Source: Planctomycetota bacterium
GTDB lineage: Bacteria > Planctomycetota > B15-G4
Reading direction: 5' to 3'
DNA: 64,000 bases
Assembly: GCA_965248575.1 (NCBI GenBank)
Contig: CBDFJQ010000002.1
Span: 3,202,153 to 3,266,152 of the forward strand
The notes under the pieces were generated by a model. It was given only the letters and a program-made list of their open reading frames with translations, was not told the origin of the DNA and ran no database searches. Numbering within the stretch: position 1 is the first letter of the stretch; each line of letters opens with the position of its first letter. Below, piece after piece: positions 9,289 through 19,030 of this stretch. The position numbers were made by a program, and so were the translations under genes.

Positions 9289-10905
9289 TCAGCGCTTGCT
9301 GAAGATCAGCGGGTTCCGCACGTCGAACTTCAGGCGCAGGGTCCGGGTGGCCACACCGTCGCTGACCTGCAGCTTGGCAAAGGTCTTGCCCACATCCTGG
9401 AACTGGGGTGCCCAGAGCAATGTGCCGGCCATCGCGTCGTAGCTGGCGCCCTGGGCAAAGGCACCCACACCCATCACGGGCGTCACCGTGAGTGGGTCGC
9501 CATCCCGGTCCGCCACCAGGATCGGGAGCGCGAAGGGCACGCCCACGAGGACCTGGGTCGGGGCCACCTTGCTCGCCACGGGCTTGCGGTTTTTCGGGCT
9601 CGTGTCGACCGGCAGGATCCGGATCCGGTAGGTGAACACCTGCGCTGGCGCGCCCGTGCCGTCGTCCACGCTCACATGGAAGCTGTACTTTCCCACGGGG
9701 CCCGCGCTGGGCCAGTTGACGGTGCGGGTGCCGGCGTCAAAGGAGGCCCCGGCGGGCAGCTCCCCAAAGTGGGGCGCCACGAACAGCTGGTCCTCGGCCT
9801 GGTCGAGATCGTTGGCCAAGAGGGGCAGGGCGATCGTCTCACCTTCGATGGCCTTGACCGAATACACCGCCGCGCGCGGCAGCGAGTTGTCGACGTCCGT
9901 CAGATCGGGTGCCGTATCCCCCAGCGCCAGGCGCACGTAGCGCTTGCCCGTGAGGTCGACCTGGAGATCGGTGCTCGTGCCCCGGTAGAGCTCTCCGTCC
10001 CAACGTACGGCCCAGAAGTCGCCGTTCAGGACAGCCAGGTCGACGAAGGACTCTGCCTTCTTGCTGGTCTTGGTCTTGCCCGGATAGTCCACCAGCTCGT
10101 TCACGACATCCGCCGAGGAGTAGACGCGACCATCCCGGCGCAACACGTACCACGTGCCGTCCGCCGAGAACTCCAGGTCGACGTAGCGATGGCCGCCGCG
10201 CAGCTTCTCGGCCTTCTTGGGAAACGGCAGGTCTGGAAGCACCGTGGGCTCAGGGTCTCCCACGGCCCAGGACTGCATCTGGCCGTCCCCCCGCAGCGCC
10301 ACGAACTCACCCGAGACGGGGTTCGCCACCATGCGCACCCACAGGCTCTCGCCGAAGACCCCCTTGCCCTCCTTGTTCTCCAGCTTGCTCTTCGTGCCGT
10401 CGAAGTCCGTCACCGCAAGGGGCTGGTCGTCGACGAAGACGGAGCCGTCCGCACGCAGGACGTAGACCCGGCCGGCCTGGGCCAACAGGTCCTGGAACAG
10501 GAAGCCCTGCTTCTTGAAGGACACCGTGATTCCGTTCACGGACAACAGACCGTCGGTGCGCAGGGCATGCACGGCACCGCCGTCCACGATCAGACGCCGC
10601 CAGAGGAAGGTCGACACGAAGAACGGCAGATCCTGGAGCTTGGCGCCGTTCTTCTCCACGCGCCCATCGAGGCGCAGGGAGTAGCGGTCGGCACCGTCCA
10701 CCACGAAGTCCGTCCAGCGATCGGTGCCCTTGGGGGCATCCAGATCCTGGGGGTTGAAGGCACCCGTAAGGGTGTCGAGCGGTGTCGAGTTGAGTAACAC
10801 TCGCCCCTTCTCGTTCACTGAGTAGACCAGGAACGAGGGCCCGCCAGCCCGTGCACCCGAGGCCATGGCCAACAGAGCGAGAGCGAGGCAGAGGCAGCGC
10901 AGCAT
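9289..10905 (-). CDS. secreted repeat protein: N-terminal beta-propeller-like repeats plus two C-terminal cadherin-like/putative-Ig domains
   Basis: Signal peptide is MLRCLCLALALLAMASGARA. It carries a recurrent (L/V)R.DG..(Y/F) motif: LRLDGRV, LRTDGLL, LRADGSV, LRGDGQM, LRRDGRVY, VRWDGELY. The C-terminal segments (LPLLANDLDQAEDQL..YSFHVSVDDGTGA and LPILVADRDGDPLTV..LQVSDGVAT) resemble cadherin-like Ig domains. Confidence 0.65.
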   Translation of the reverse strand: MLRCLCLALALLAMASGARAGGPSFLVYSVNEKGRVLLNSTPLDTLTGAFNPQDLDAPKGTDRWTDFVVDGADRYSLRLDGRVEKNGAKLQDLPFFVSTFLWRRLIVDGGAVHALRTDGLLSVNGITVSFKKQGFLFQDLLAQAGRVYVLRADGSVFVDDQPLAVTDFDGTKSKLENKEGKGVFGESLWVRMVANPVSGEFVALRGDGQMQSWAVGDPEPTVLPDLPFPKKAEKLRGGHRYVDLEFSADGTWYVLRRDGRVYSSADVVNELVDYPGKTKTSKKAESFVDLAVLNGDFWAVRWDGELYRGTSTDLQVDLTGKRYVRLALGDTAPDLTDVDNSLPRAAVYSVKAIEGETIALPLLANDLDQAEDQLFVAPHFGELPAGASFDAGTRTVNWPSAGPVGKYSFHVSVDDGTGAPAQVFTYRIRILPVDTSPKNRKPVASKVAPTQVLVGVPFALPILVADRDGDPLTVTPVMGVGAFAQGASYDAMAGTLLWAPQFQDVGKTFAKLQVSDGVATRTLRLKFDVRNPLIFSKR

Positions 10906-10910
10906 GAGCT

Positions 10911-11237
10911 TCACCCGCCCTGTTGCTTCACGAGCTCCTCGCGAAAGCCCGAATACTCTGCGACCACCAGGGCCGGGGGCGGATTGCACGAATCGATGCC
11001 CTTCGCCTCGTACTGCTGCAGGTGCTTCGCGCTCGCAATGACGTCATCCAGGGCGGCGAGCTTCTCCTCGTAGGTCTGTCCCCGTTCGTGGAGATGCATC
11101 GCCTCGTAGATGACGTTGCTGTGCTTCTCGATGTCGGGCGAGACCGTCGGCTCGCACGCCTTACACAGGCCTTCCTTGTCCACCTTCTGGAAGAGCCCAC
11201 CTTTTTCACAGTATTTGCATCGTGCCATGGCGCGCAT
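10911..11237 (-). CDS. small zinc-ribbon protein (CxxC..CxxC) with a helical C-terminal half, function unknown
   Basis: The roughly 105-108 aa protein begins MRAMARCKYCEKGGLFQKVDKEGLCKACEP. It ends 6 nt upstream of the next gene's start, so it is likely co-transcribed with 9289..10905. Confidence 0.55.
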   Translation of the reverse strand: MRAMARCKYCEKGGLFQKVDKEGLCKACEPTVSPDIEKHSNVIYEAMHLHERGQTYEEKLAALDDVIASAKHLQQYEAKGIDSCNPPPALVVAEYSGFREELVKQQGG

Positions 11238-11482
11238 CCTACCGATCGGCGCACGTCTCCGCTTCCCATCAGGAGCCGGCGAAGCGAGGCCCCTGACGCG
11301 GGCCTCCCGGCGCAGAAATTGCCGACCCACATGGCCCGGGGGCTGTCGACTTGGCTGGGCCACGGTAGGCTTGTGGTCCTCTCCCAGTACTCTCTCCCAC
11401 GCCACCCGCTGCCGCAGGGCCCGCCCCGAAACGGTCCCCGGCTTGACCTCGCAGCAACGGCGCACCCCAAGACGTCCACACC

Positions 11483-14395
11483 ATGCTCTCCGCCCCAGAA
11501 GCGCGTCCTCCTTTGGCTGGCCTCTGCCGGCTGCTCAGCCTGTGCCTGGGCTGCGCCGCTCTTCTGTCAGGCCAGCTGGCCGCCCAATCGCCTCTCACCG
11601 GCGGCTTCAGCAAGGGACGCCTGCAACCCAAACAAGGCCAGCCAGCTCCGAACGATCTCGATCCCGCTTTCGTCAACTTCGAGACGCCTCACGTCCACCC
11701 CCTCGAACTGGCACCGGACGGGCAGACCCTGCTCGCCGTGAACACGGCCGACAACCGGCTCGAGGTGTTCGATGTCTCGCCCTTGCCTCTCACCCACTTG
11801 GCATCCATCCCGGTCGGGCTGGAGCCCGTCACCGTCAGGGCCCTGGACTCGGACACGGTCTGGGTCGTCAACCAGGTGTCTGACTCCATCAGCATCGTGG
11901 ACCTGGACACGAACACCGTCGTAGCCACGGTGTTCACGGATGACGAACCGGCGGATGTGGTCTTCGCGGGCCAACCGATACGCGCCTATGTGAGCTGCAG
12001 CCAGGCCAACACGGTGCTCGTCTTCAACCCCTCCAACCTGTCGGCCGCGCCAGTGCGCATCGAACTGGATGGGGAGGACCCACGCGCCCTGGCCGTGAGC
12101 ACGAACGGCAAGCGGGTCTACGTGGGCATCTTCGAGTCGGGCAACGGCACAACCATCCTGGGCGGGGGCTCGACCGAAGGCGGCGGCTTTCCCCAGAATG
12201 CCGTGAGCCATGTCTCGGGACCTTATGCCGGTGTGAACCCGCCGCCCAACGACGGCGCGAACATCACGCCCTCCATGACGCCCGGCCTGCCGCTCCCACC
12301 CGCCGTGGGCCTGATCGTGAAGCAGGACCCCAGCTCGGGTGACTGGCTCGACGAGAACGGAGGCGACTGGACCAAGCTCACATCTGGCCCTGACGCCCGC
12401 CTCTCCGGGCGCCAGGTCGGCTGGCAGCTGCGCGACCACGACGTCGCGGTGATCAGGACCCAGAACTTGACCGTGACCTACGTCGATCAGCTGATGAACA
12501 TCGTCATGGCGCTGGGCGTCAACCCGGCCAGCGGTGTCCTGTCGATCGTTGGCACGGAAGCCACGAACCACATCCGCTACGAGCCGAATCTCAACGGAAC
12601 CTTCGTGCGAGTCCTGGGCGCGAGGTACTTCCCCAGCTCAGGCAACCGACAGACCTTCGACCTCAACCCACACCTGGACTACAGCACCAGCACGCTGCCG
12701 CAGAGCGAGCGCGACAAGAGCCTCGGCGACCCTCGGCAGATCCTCTGGAACAGCAACGGCCAGAGGGCCTACGTGGCCGGCATGGGCAGCAACAACGTGG
12801 TGGTGCTGAATGCCTTCGGCAATCGCGCCGGGCTCAATGGAGCGATCGAGGTGGGCGATGGCCCCACGGGACTCGCCTTGCATGGCGGGCTCAATCGGCT
12901 GTTCGTGCTCAACAAATTCGATGCGAGCATCTCCACGGTCAACCTGGCCAACGAGCTGCAGGAGGACGTGCGGGGGTTCTACGACCCCACCCCGGCCGCT
13001 GTCCGCCTGGGCCGCCCCTTCCTCTACAGCACCCACGACAGCTCGGGGCTTGGGCAGGTGTCTTGCGGCAGTTGCCACGTCGACGCCCGCATGGATCGCC
13101 TCGCCTGGGACCTTGGGAATCCGACGGGCGACATCTCACCCGTCGCGGGGCAGAACCAGGGCATGAACAACCCCGACCTGGCCCAGGGCATCGCGGACTT
13201 CCACCCCATGAAGGGGCCGATGACGACCCAGACCTTGCAGGACATCGTCGGCAAGGAGCCCTTCCATTGGCGCGGTGACAAGAACGGCTTGGAGGACTTC
13301 AACGGCGCCTACACGAGCTTGCAGGGCGACGACGCCATGCTCAGCCCCGCGGAGATGCAACGCTTCGAGCATTTCCTGGCGAGTCTCAGCTTCCCGCCGA
13401 ACCCCTTCCGCAACATGGACAACTCCCTGCGGACGGACATCGACCTCAGCGGCCTGTTCACGACGGGCAAGTTCTTGCCGGAGGGCCAACCGCTCCCGCC
13501 GGGAGACGCCCAGCGCGGGCGACAGCGTTTCGTGGGCCCCAACGGGCTCGTGGGCGGGCAGTTCGACTGCATCACCTGCCACACGGCCCCCACCGGCCTG
13601 GGCTCCAACTCCATCGATGTCGGTGGGTTCCTGGAGCTCCTGCCTGCCGGCCCCAACGGGGAGAAGCACCACGCCCTGGTGGGCATCGACGGCAACACGA
13701 ACACGACCATGAAGATCCCCCACCTGCGGAATCTGCACGAAAAGGTGGGCATGAACATGGCCACCACGGAGAGCTTCGCAGGCTTCGGCTTCCTGCACGA
13801 TGGCAGCGTCGACTCCATCGCCCGATTCCTCTCGAAGCCCAGCTTCGGATTCACGAGCGACCAGGACATCGCCGACATGACGGCCTTCCTGCTCTCGTTC
13901 TCGGGCGGCGGCATCGATCTCGGCGACCTCGACAACCCCATGAAGCCGTTGGGTCCCCCGAGCCAGGATGCGCACGCAGGCGTCGGCCAACAAATCACCC
14001 TGAGCGCTTGGCCGCCCACGGCTGGTGAGGCTCAACGCGCCCAGGACATGGTGAATCTTGCCGAGGCAGGCGCGCTTGGCCTCACGGTGCGCGGCGTGCA
14101 CGACGGCCACATGCGGGGCTGGACCTATCTCGCTGGAGGCATCGCACAGTCAGATCGACGCAGCGAGCGCTTGCCCTTCCTCACGCTGCTCGCACAGGTT
14201 TCCCAAGGGGGCACCCGGACCCTCACACTGGTCCCCAAGGGCAGCGAAACGCGCATAGCTCTCGATCGCGACACGGACGGCGCCTACGACCAGGACGAAC
14301 TCGACGCAGGCTCGAGCCCCGCAGACCCCCAAGACACACCGGGAGGCCCGCTCGGCACGGTCACGCCGACGAGCAAGCAGCCGAAGACCCCCTAG
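11483..14395 (+). CDS. secreted fusion protein: YVTN-type beta-propeller repeats plus a di-haem cytochrome c peroxidase-like domain
   Basis: 970-aa ORF with a signal peptide. It has repeated propeller-like units (NTADNRLEVFDV, VNQVSDSISIVDL, SQANTVLVFNP, GSNNVVVLNA, LNKFDASISTVNL). It has two haem-binding CxxCH motifs (SCGSCHVD, DCITCHTAP). Confidence 0.8.
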   Translation: MLSAPEARPPLAGLCRLLSLCLGCAALLSGQLAAQSPLTGGFSKGRLQPKQGQPAPNDLDPAFVNFETPHVHPLELAPDGQTLLAVNTADNRLEVFDVSPLPLTHLASIPVGLEPVTVRALDSDTVWVVNQVSDSISIVDLDTNTVVATVFTDDEPADVVFAGQPIRAYVSCSQANTVLVFNPSNLSAAPVRIELDGEDPRALAVSTNGKRVYVGIFESGNGTTILGGGSTEGGGFPQNAVSHVSGPYAGVNPPPNDGANITPSMTPGLPLPPAVGLIVKQDPSSGDWLDENGGDWTKLTSGPDARLSGRQVGWQLRDHDVAVIRTQNLTVTYVDQLMNIVMALGVNPASGVLSIVGTEATNHIRYEPNLNGTFVRVLGARYFPSSGNRQTFDLNPHLDYSTSTLPQSERDKSLGDPRQILWNSNGQRAYVAGMGSNNVVVLNAFGNRAGLNGAIEVGDGPTGLALHGGLNRLFVLNKFDASISTVNLANELQEDVRGFYDPTPAAVRLGRPFLYSTHDSSGLGQVSCGSCHVDARMDRLAWDLGNPTGDISPVAGQNQGMNNPDLAQGIADFHPMKGPMTTQTLQDIVGKEPFHWRGDKNGLEDFNGAYTSLQGDDAMLSPAEMQRFEHFLASLSFPPNPFRNMDNSLRTDIDLSGLFTTGKFLPEGQPLPPGDAQRGRQRFVGPNGLVGGQFDCITCHTAPTGLGSNSIDVGGFLELLPAGPNGEKHHALVGIDGNTNTTMKIPHLRNLHEKVGMNMATTESFAGFGFLHDGSVDSIARFLSKPSFGFTSDQDIADMTAFLLSFSGGGIDLGDLDNPMKPLGPPSQDAHAGVGQQITLSAWPPTAGEAQRAQDMVNLAEAGALGLTVRGVHDGHMRGWTYLAGGIAQSDRRSERLPFLTLLAQVSQGGTRTLTLVPKGSETRIALDRDTDGAYDQDELDAGSSPADPQDTPGGPLGTVTPTSKQPKTP

Positions 14396-14477
14396 CGACT
14401 GGCCGCTGGGGCCGTCGTGCGCAACCATCGCCAGGGCTTCCGCTCTTGTCATGGCTGCGGCAGACCGTGGCCCCACC

Positions 14478-15449
14478 CTACGCCTTTTTGAAGATCTCCT
14501 TCAGCGAGCCCATCGAGCCCAGGACAGCTGCCGATTCGAAGGGCATGAAGACGGTGTCGTTGGCGCTCGGGTTCTGCGCGATGTCCCGCATCATCTTCAG
14601 GTACTCCATGCTGATCAGGTACTGCGAGGGGGTCGTGCCCGAATCACGCAGCGACTCGGTGACCTTCTGGATGGCTCCTGCCTCGCCCTCTGCCTTGAGG
14701 ATGAGTCGTTGGCGCTCCCCTTCCGCCTCGGCCACGGCGGCATCCCGAATACCCTCGGCGCGCAACACGCGCGAAGCCTTCTCGCCTTCGGCCTCCAGCA
14801 CCACGGCACGCCGGGAGCGCTCGGCCTTCATCTGCTTCTCCATCGCCACCTGGATCTCCGGAGGCGGGTTGATGTCCTGAAGCTCCACGCGGTTCACCTT
14901 GACGCCCCACTTGTCGGTGGCGTCATCCAGCACCGCGCGCATCTTGCTGTTGATGTCGTCGCGGCTGGACAGTGCCTTGTCGAGATCCAGGTTGCCGATG
15001 ATGTTACGCAGCGTGGTCTGGGCAATCTTCTCGATGGCGTTGGGGAGGTTGTTCACCTCATAGGCCGCGCGCATGGCATCCGTGACCTGGGCGAACAGGA
15101 GGCCGTTGATCTCGATCACCACGTTGTCGCGCGTGATCACACGCTGCTGCGGAAAGTCCAAGACGGCTTCGCGCATGTCCAGGCGTTCTTGGATCCTGAC
15201 CACGTTGGCCGTGCGGTTCCCACTCCGAACGATGGTCAGCCAAGCCAGCTGGCGCGGCCTGTCGATGATGGGCCAGAGCACGTTGATCCCGGGGGTCAGC
15301 ATGCGGTGGTACTTGCCCAGGCGCTCTACGAGCATCACCTCGGCCTGACGCACGATCTTGATGCCCCGGGCAACGAGGACGACGGCCAAAACAAGGAATG
15401 AGAGCAGGATGGCTGTGGTCGGGTCGACAGCGAGTAGGACGGGGTTCAT
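14478..15449 (-). CDS. SPFH/band 7 (stomatin/HflK-like) membrane protein
   Basis: 323 aa from the ATG at 15447-15449. There is an N-terminal TM helix. Motifs are IKIVRQAEVMLVERLGKYHR, ITRDNVVIEINGLLFAQV and the Ala/Glu-rich coiled coil EAEGEKASRVLRAEG. Confidence 0.9.
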   Translation of the reverse strand: MNPVLLAVDPTTAILLSFLVLAVVLVARGIKIVRQAEVMLVERLGKYHRMLTPGINVLWPIIDRPRQLAWLTIVRSGNRTANVVRIQERLDMREAVLDFPQQRVITRDNVVIEINGLLFAQVTDAMRAAYEVNNLPNAIEKIAQTTLRNIIGNLDLDKALSSRDDINSKMRAVLDDATDKWGVKVNRVELQDINPPPEIQVAMEKQMKAERSRRAVVLEAEGEKASRVLRAEGIRDAAVAEAEGERQRLILKAEGEAGAIQKVTESLRDSGTTPSQYLISMEYLKMMRDIAQNPSANDTVFMPFESAAVLGSMGSLKEIFKKA

Positions 15450-15507
15450 GTGCGAGTCCTCCGGGAAACGGCCAGATGGGCTGATCGAGCGAGTGAATCT
15501 TGGGGTA

Positions 15508-15993
15508 CTAGGACGCAGGTCCGACGGAAAGGGTGTTGCCTTGGACAGCGACGACCTTGACGGCATCTCCGACGTCCAGAGTCTGCTCCGCGGTCGCCCG
15601 CCACTCCTCGTTGGCGAGACGCACCCGGCCCACTCCACCGGGAGGAACCTGGGCGACCACGGTGCCACGGCTTCCCACCAGAGCGTCGGTGTTGGTGAGG
15701 ACCGTCTTCGGAGAGAAGAGACGCACGAACACCGGGCGCAACCACAGCAGGGAGCCGATGGAACTTGCAGCGAAGAATCCCACCTCGACCGGTGCCGGCC
15801 AACCGAAGTAGGCCACGCCAGCCGTGAGCAATGCAGTGATGGAGAGCGCACCCAGGAAGAAGCCCGCCGTGAAGATCTCGGCAGTCAATGTCACGAGCGT
15901 GAGCCAGAGCCAGAACTCGACGTGTGACTCCAAGAATCCGCCCAAGGTGAGCAGGTCATTCAGAGCGGATTCAGCGACAGCTAGCGTCCACAT
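15508..15993 (-). CDS. NfeD family membrane protein (partner of the SPFH protein)
   Basis: It has hydrophobic N-terminal helices and a C-terminal OB-like segment, LVGSRGTVVAQVPPGGVGRVRLANEEWRATAEQTLDVGDAVKVVAV. It lies directly upstream of the SPFH gene, the classical pairing. The start is taken as the ATG at 15991-15993. Confidence 0.8.
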   Translation of the reverse strand: MWTLAVAESALNDLLTLGGFLESHVEFWLWLTLVTLTAEIFTAGFFLGALSITALLTAGVAYFGWPAPVEVGFFAASSIGSLLWLRPVFVRLFSPKTVLTNTDALVGSRGTVVAQVPPGGVGRVRLANEEWRATAEQTLDVGDAVKVVAVQGNTLSVGPAS

Positions 15994-16207
15994 ATCAGCA
16001 ATCCCGAAGAGATTGGCGAGCTTCCATTTTCCGGTTGTCAGTGTAGACAAAGCCGGTGCCAAGAAACTGCGCCAGGGCCCCATGTGAGCCCCTTAGTCCT
16101 GAATCACGCCCCAATCTTTTACGAAGCCATCCGCCGGGACAGGCACGTCGGCTCGCTTGGCGTGGCGACTTCGCGGCATCCAGAGAGCTCGTTCGGGCAC
16201 ACAAGGG

Positions 16208-16948
16208 CTAGCCGAGGAACTCGCTCTTCGCGACTGCAGCCTCACTCTCAGAGAGCTCGGCCGACTCAAGGCCCCCTACGCAAAGAGAAGCTCGGAAGTT
16301 CGCCGTCAGCGCATCCGCGAGTTCGCCCCACTCCACCCGCCTGCCCGCAGCCAACTCCACTGAGCCCACATCCGGAGACAGCGACGGAACGGAGAGGGGG
16401 ATGGAACCATGGTGCAAGACGCGGCCCCCTGCGCGGCGCTGTGCCGAGCCCACGACCTTCCTGCCCGACGAGTCCACGAGATCCAAGGCCGTGTGGTCGT
16501 CAAAGCACATGGAGGCCTTGCGCGGGTGAACAGAGAGAGGAGCCTCGCCACCGCGAAAGTCCAGTTTGGCACCCAGCCCCGAGAGCGCGTTTCGCACCAC
16601 CGCGTGCACGCACTCGTAGCCGGCAACGGTTTCGGCGGGGTAGCCGTCTCGACCAGGTGTTGCCACGAGGCAGAACGTCAGCTCGTCGGCGTGGTGGATG
16701 GCACCGCCGCCCGTCTGTCGACGGACGATCTCCACCTGGGCTTCGGCAGCCCGCTGCTCGAATGCCTCCCGGGGCTGGAAGTAGCCCAGGGACAGCGCGG
16801 CTGGGAGCCAGCCATAGAGGCGTAACGCAGGACGCTCCTCCGGAGACCGGAGGAGCGCCTCGTCACACGACAGGTTGTAGCGAGGGCGACCGAAGCCGCT
16901 TCGAAGCAACCTCCATGTCCGCGCCGGCTGCTTGCCTGAGGCGGACAC
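16208..16948 (-). CDS. lipoate-protein ligase / octanoyltransferase family protein (BPL_LplA_LipB domain)
   Basis: Motifs: CDEALL, LRLYGWLPAALSLGYFQ, IVRRQTGGGAIHHADELTFCLV, KVVGSAQRRAGGRVLHHGSIPL. The start is uncertain. GTG at 16948 was chosen because the longer ORF overlaps the upstream gene. Confidence 0.75.
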   Translation of the reverse strand: MSASGKQPARTWRLLRSGFGRPRYNLSCDEALLRSPEERPALRLYGWLPAALSLGYFQPREAFEQRAAEAQVEIVRRQTGGGAIHHADELTFCLVATPGRDGYPAETVAGYECVHAVVRNALSGLGAKLDFRGGEAPLSVHPRKASMCFDDHTALDLVDSSGRKVVGSAQRRAGGRVLHHGSIPLSVPSLSPDVGSVELAAGRRVEWGELADALTANFRASLCVGGLESAELSESEAAVAKSEFLG

Positions 16949-16968
16949 GTGCCTACACGCCGTCCCGT

Positions 16969-18861
16969 CTACTTCGTGGCGACCTTGACCTTCGCCAGCA
17001 CGCTCTTCAGGCACTCCTGCGCCCAATACTGGTAGTTGAGGTCGAGGTAGTCCTCGATGGCCTGGTCCTCGTCGCGCCCTTGAAGGGGGCTCAGAGGACG
17101 GTCACGGGTGAAGCCGTTGAGGCGCCCCGCCCAGGAGCCGGCGTTGAGCTCGGCACCCCAGGCATGGCGACGGTTCCGCATGGCAACGGGAGCGAAGACT
17201 TCACCGGGAACGCCGTGGTAGTAGATGTCGTCGGCAAGGCTGTAGCCGTCGATGAAGATCGACATCTCGGACTCTGTGAGACGGATCCGCAAGGGGTTGC
17301 GCTGGAAGTAGCGGTCGGCCTGGGCGTCACTCGTCTGGGTTTGCCGCGTCGGGGGGCGGGGGAAGATCTTCGCCAGTTCCTTGAAGTCATCGGGGCCGGA
17401 GTCCTCGCCCAGGGTGTCCAGGGCAGCCGCCAAGGCGGCAGTGGTCTCGGCGAACAGGGATTCGCCGAAGCCACCATCTTGTGCAATCCGGCTGTAGATC
17501 AGATCCACCTCAGCGCTGCCACGCTCGAAGAACAAGCGACCCGAAGTGCGGTAGTGCTCTTCGACCTCGTCGGTGCTCAGCGACTTCTTGCGCCAGCGGA
17601 AGTAGGCCTCCTTGTGACGCCAGTGCTCGCGGTAACGATCCAAGGAGCGGTAGCCCCGCAGCACGATGATGGAGCCGAGGGGGAACAGGGTGCCTTCGAA
17701 CTGGGCGTTCAGGTCGGCGTAGGCCTGCTTGGTCTCCTCCTCGTCCATCCACTGATCGACGGCACCAAGGGTGGTGCGCACGCCGTGCAGGGTGAGCAAC
17801 TCACGGAGGATCAGGTTGACGTCCGTGTCGCTGATGTCGTCCTTGATCATGTCCCACAGGCCGTCGACACCCAAATCAGCGTCACCCAAGCGCAGGAAGA
17901 CGTCGTCAGGGAGGTCGGTGTCGAAGAAGAACTTCACACCGATCGCCGCGATCACACCGGTACGGATGGTGGTCGTGATCTGCCCACGGAAGAAGGACGG
18001 GATCGGCTTGCCCGACTTGCCGTGGCTCTTCACGAAGGTGCGCAGCTGCATGCCGGAATCGTTGGTGCCCAAGGCATCCCACGTGATCTGCGGCATCCAG
18101 TCCGGCTTCGGGTCGTCCTCCGGAATGGGGCCGTCACCGATGCCCCAGACCTCGCCCTCCTGGGGCTCAGTCGGCATGGGCAGGAACACCTTCTCGAAGG
18201 CCACCTCCGCCGACATCATCTGGCGGTAGGCCTCCATGCCCATGCTGCTCTCGATGGACGCGATGAACTCCGCGCGCGCCTTGGCCGCCAGCTCGGCAGC
18301 CTTCTCCGGCTCCGCCTCGGCGTTCGGCCCGCGGGCCTGCATCTCCACCATGCTGACGATGTTCTGGACCTTCTCGTCCAGGTCGGCTTCCGAGATCACC
18401 AAGCTGGCGGGATCGATGCCTGCAGCAATCTGGGCAGCGCGCTGCGTTTCGGTGACGAGCCGTGTGATCTCCTCGTCGACGCGGTTGACGCCCAAGAACA
18501 TGATGGCCCGCTTGCGGAAATCGTTGCGGGTGATGGGCGTATCGCCCACCGTCATGATCACGTCGGCGTCCAGGTCGACATCGCCCAGGCCCACCTTCAC
18601 GACATCCGCGAGGCGCCGCACGTAGGGCGAGGGGGTCATCCGGTGCAGCTGGATGTCCTCGATGGAACGGCCAAAGCTCGTCTGGCTGATTGCGGGGACG
18701 AGCACGGGGCCCTCTTGGGCCTCCTGCGTGTCGACCGGCGTCATCTCGGTGACCAGCACGGGTGCGGGTTGCGGCTCCGCCTCCTGGGCAGCAAGCATCG
18801 GGAGCGCTGTGGACGCAAACGCGAGGCTCAAGACAGCTTTCGGGAACATCAGACGGGACAT
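16969..18861 (-). CDS. secreted hypothetical protein (about 630 aa)
   Basis: Signal peptide is MSRLMFPKAVLSLAFASTALPMLAAQEA. Amino-acid composition is protein-like throughout. The opposite-strand 977-aa ORF is Arg/Gly/His-rich and was rejected. No family confidently recognised. Confidence 0.65.
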   Translation of the reverse strand: MSRLMFPKAVLSLAFASTALPMLAAQEAEPQPAPVLVTEMTPVDTQEAQEGPVLVPAISQTSFGRSIEDIQLHRMTPSPYVRRLADVVKVGLGDVDLDADVIMTVGDTPITRNDFRKRAIMFLGVNRVDEEITRLVTETQRAAQIAAGIDPASLVISEADLDEKVQNIVSMVEMQARGPNAEAEPEKAAELAAKARAEFIASIESSMGMEAYRQMMSAEVAFEKVFLPMPTEPQEGEVWGIGDGPIPEDDPKPDWMPQITWDALGTNDSGMQLRTFVKSHGKSGKPIPSFFRGQITTTIRTGVIAAIGVKFFFDTDLPDDVFLRLGDADLGVDGLWDMIKDDISDTDVNLILRELLTLHGVRTTLGAVDQWMDEEETKQAYADLNAQFEGTLFPLGSIIVLRGYRSLDRYREHWRHKEAYFRWRKKSLSTDEVEEHYRTSGRLFFERGSAEVDLIYSRIAQDGGFGESLFAETTAALAAALDTLGEDSGPDDFKELAKIFPRPPTRQTQTSDAQADRYFQRNPLRIRLTESEMSIFIDGYSLADDIYYHGVPGEVFAPVAMRNRRHAWGAELNAGSWAGRLNGFTRDRPLSPLQGRDEDQAIEDYLDLNYQYWAQECLKSVLAKVKVATK

Positions 18862-19030
18862 TTCGGTAACTCCAAGAACACCGGGGGCGACCTCATACGC
18901 CCGTTCGGGATGGGACGTTGGCCATGGATATCGGTCGCGGGAGAGCGCCACATCAAAGGAAAGGTCGCCAAGAACTGTCAAGGCGCGCGATTTGATCGGA
19001 CCGCCAGGTCTCGCTAGGGTCCGGCGGCGC

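Noticed and set aside
14396-14477. A possible fourth, degenerate copy of the 105-nt palindromic element between the convergent genes ending at 14395 and 14478. It shows CTTGTC..GCGGCAGACCGTGGCCCC, which resembles the core end plus right arm of copy B, and a TGGGGCC/GGCCCCA inverted repeat.
   Set aside because: The gap is only ~82 nt. The GCGAGTTTT and core-hairpin segments are absent, and only 7 bp of arm complementarity is present. The similarity is too weak to call by eye. A covariance-model search should decide.
16084-19017. A 977-aa ORF on the plus strand, plus similar very long ORFs at 2847..4625(-), 7625..9241(-), 9046..10797(+), 20764..22641(-), 26974..29307(+), 30986..32449(-), 34269..36161(+), 40502..41422(+), 42580..44115(+) and 45467..46834(+).
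   Set aside because: Each lies antisense to, or out of frame with, a gene with strong family motifs. Their translations are Arg/Gly/His/Pro/Ala-rich with no recognisable motifs. Long spurious ORFs are expected in ~65% GC DNA because stop codons are AT-rich.
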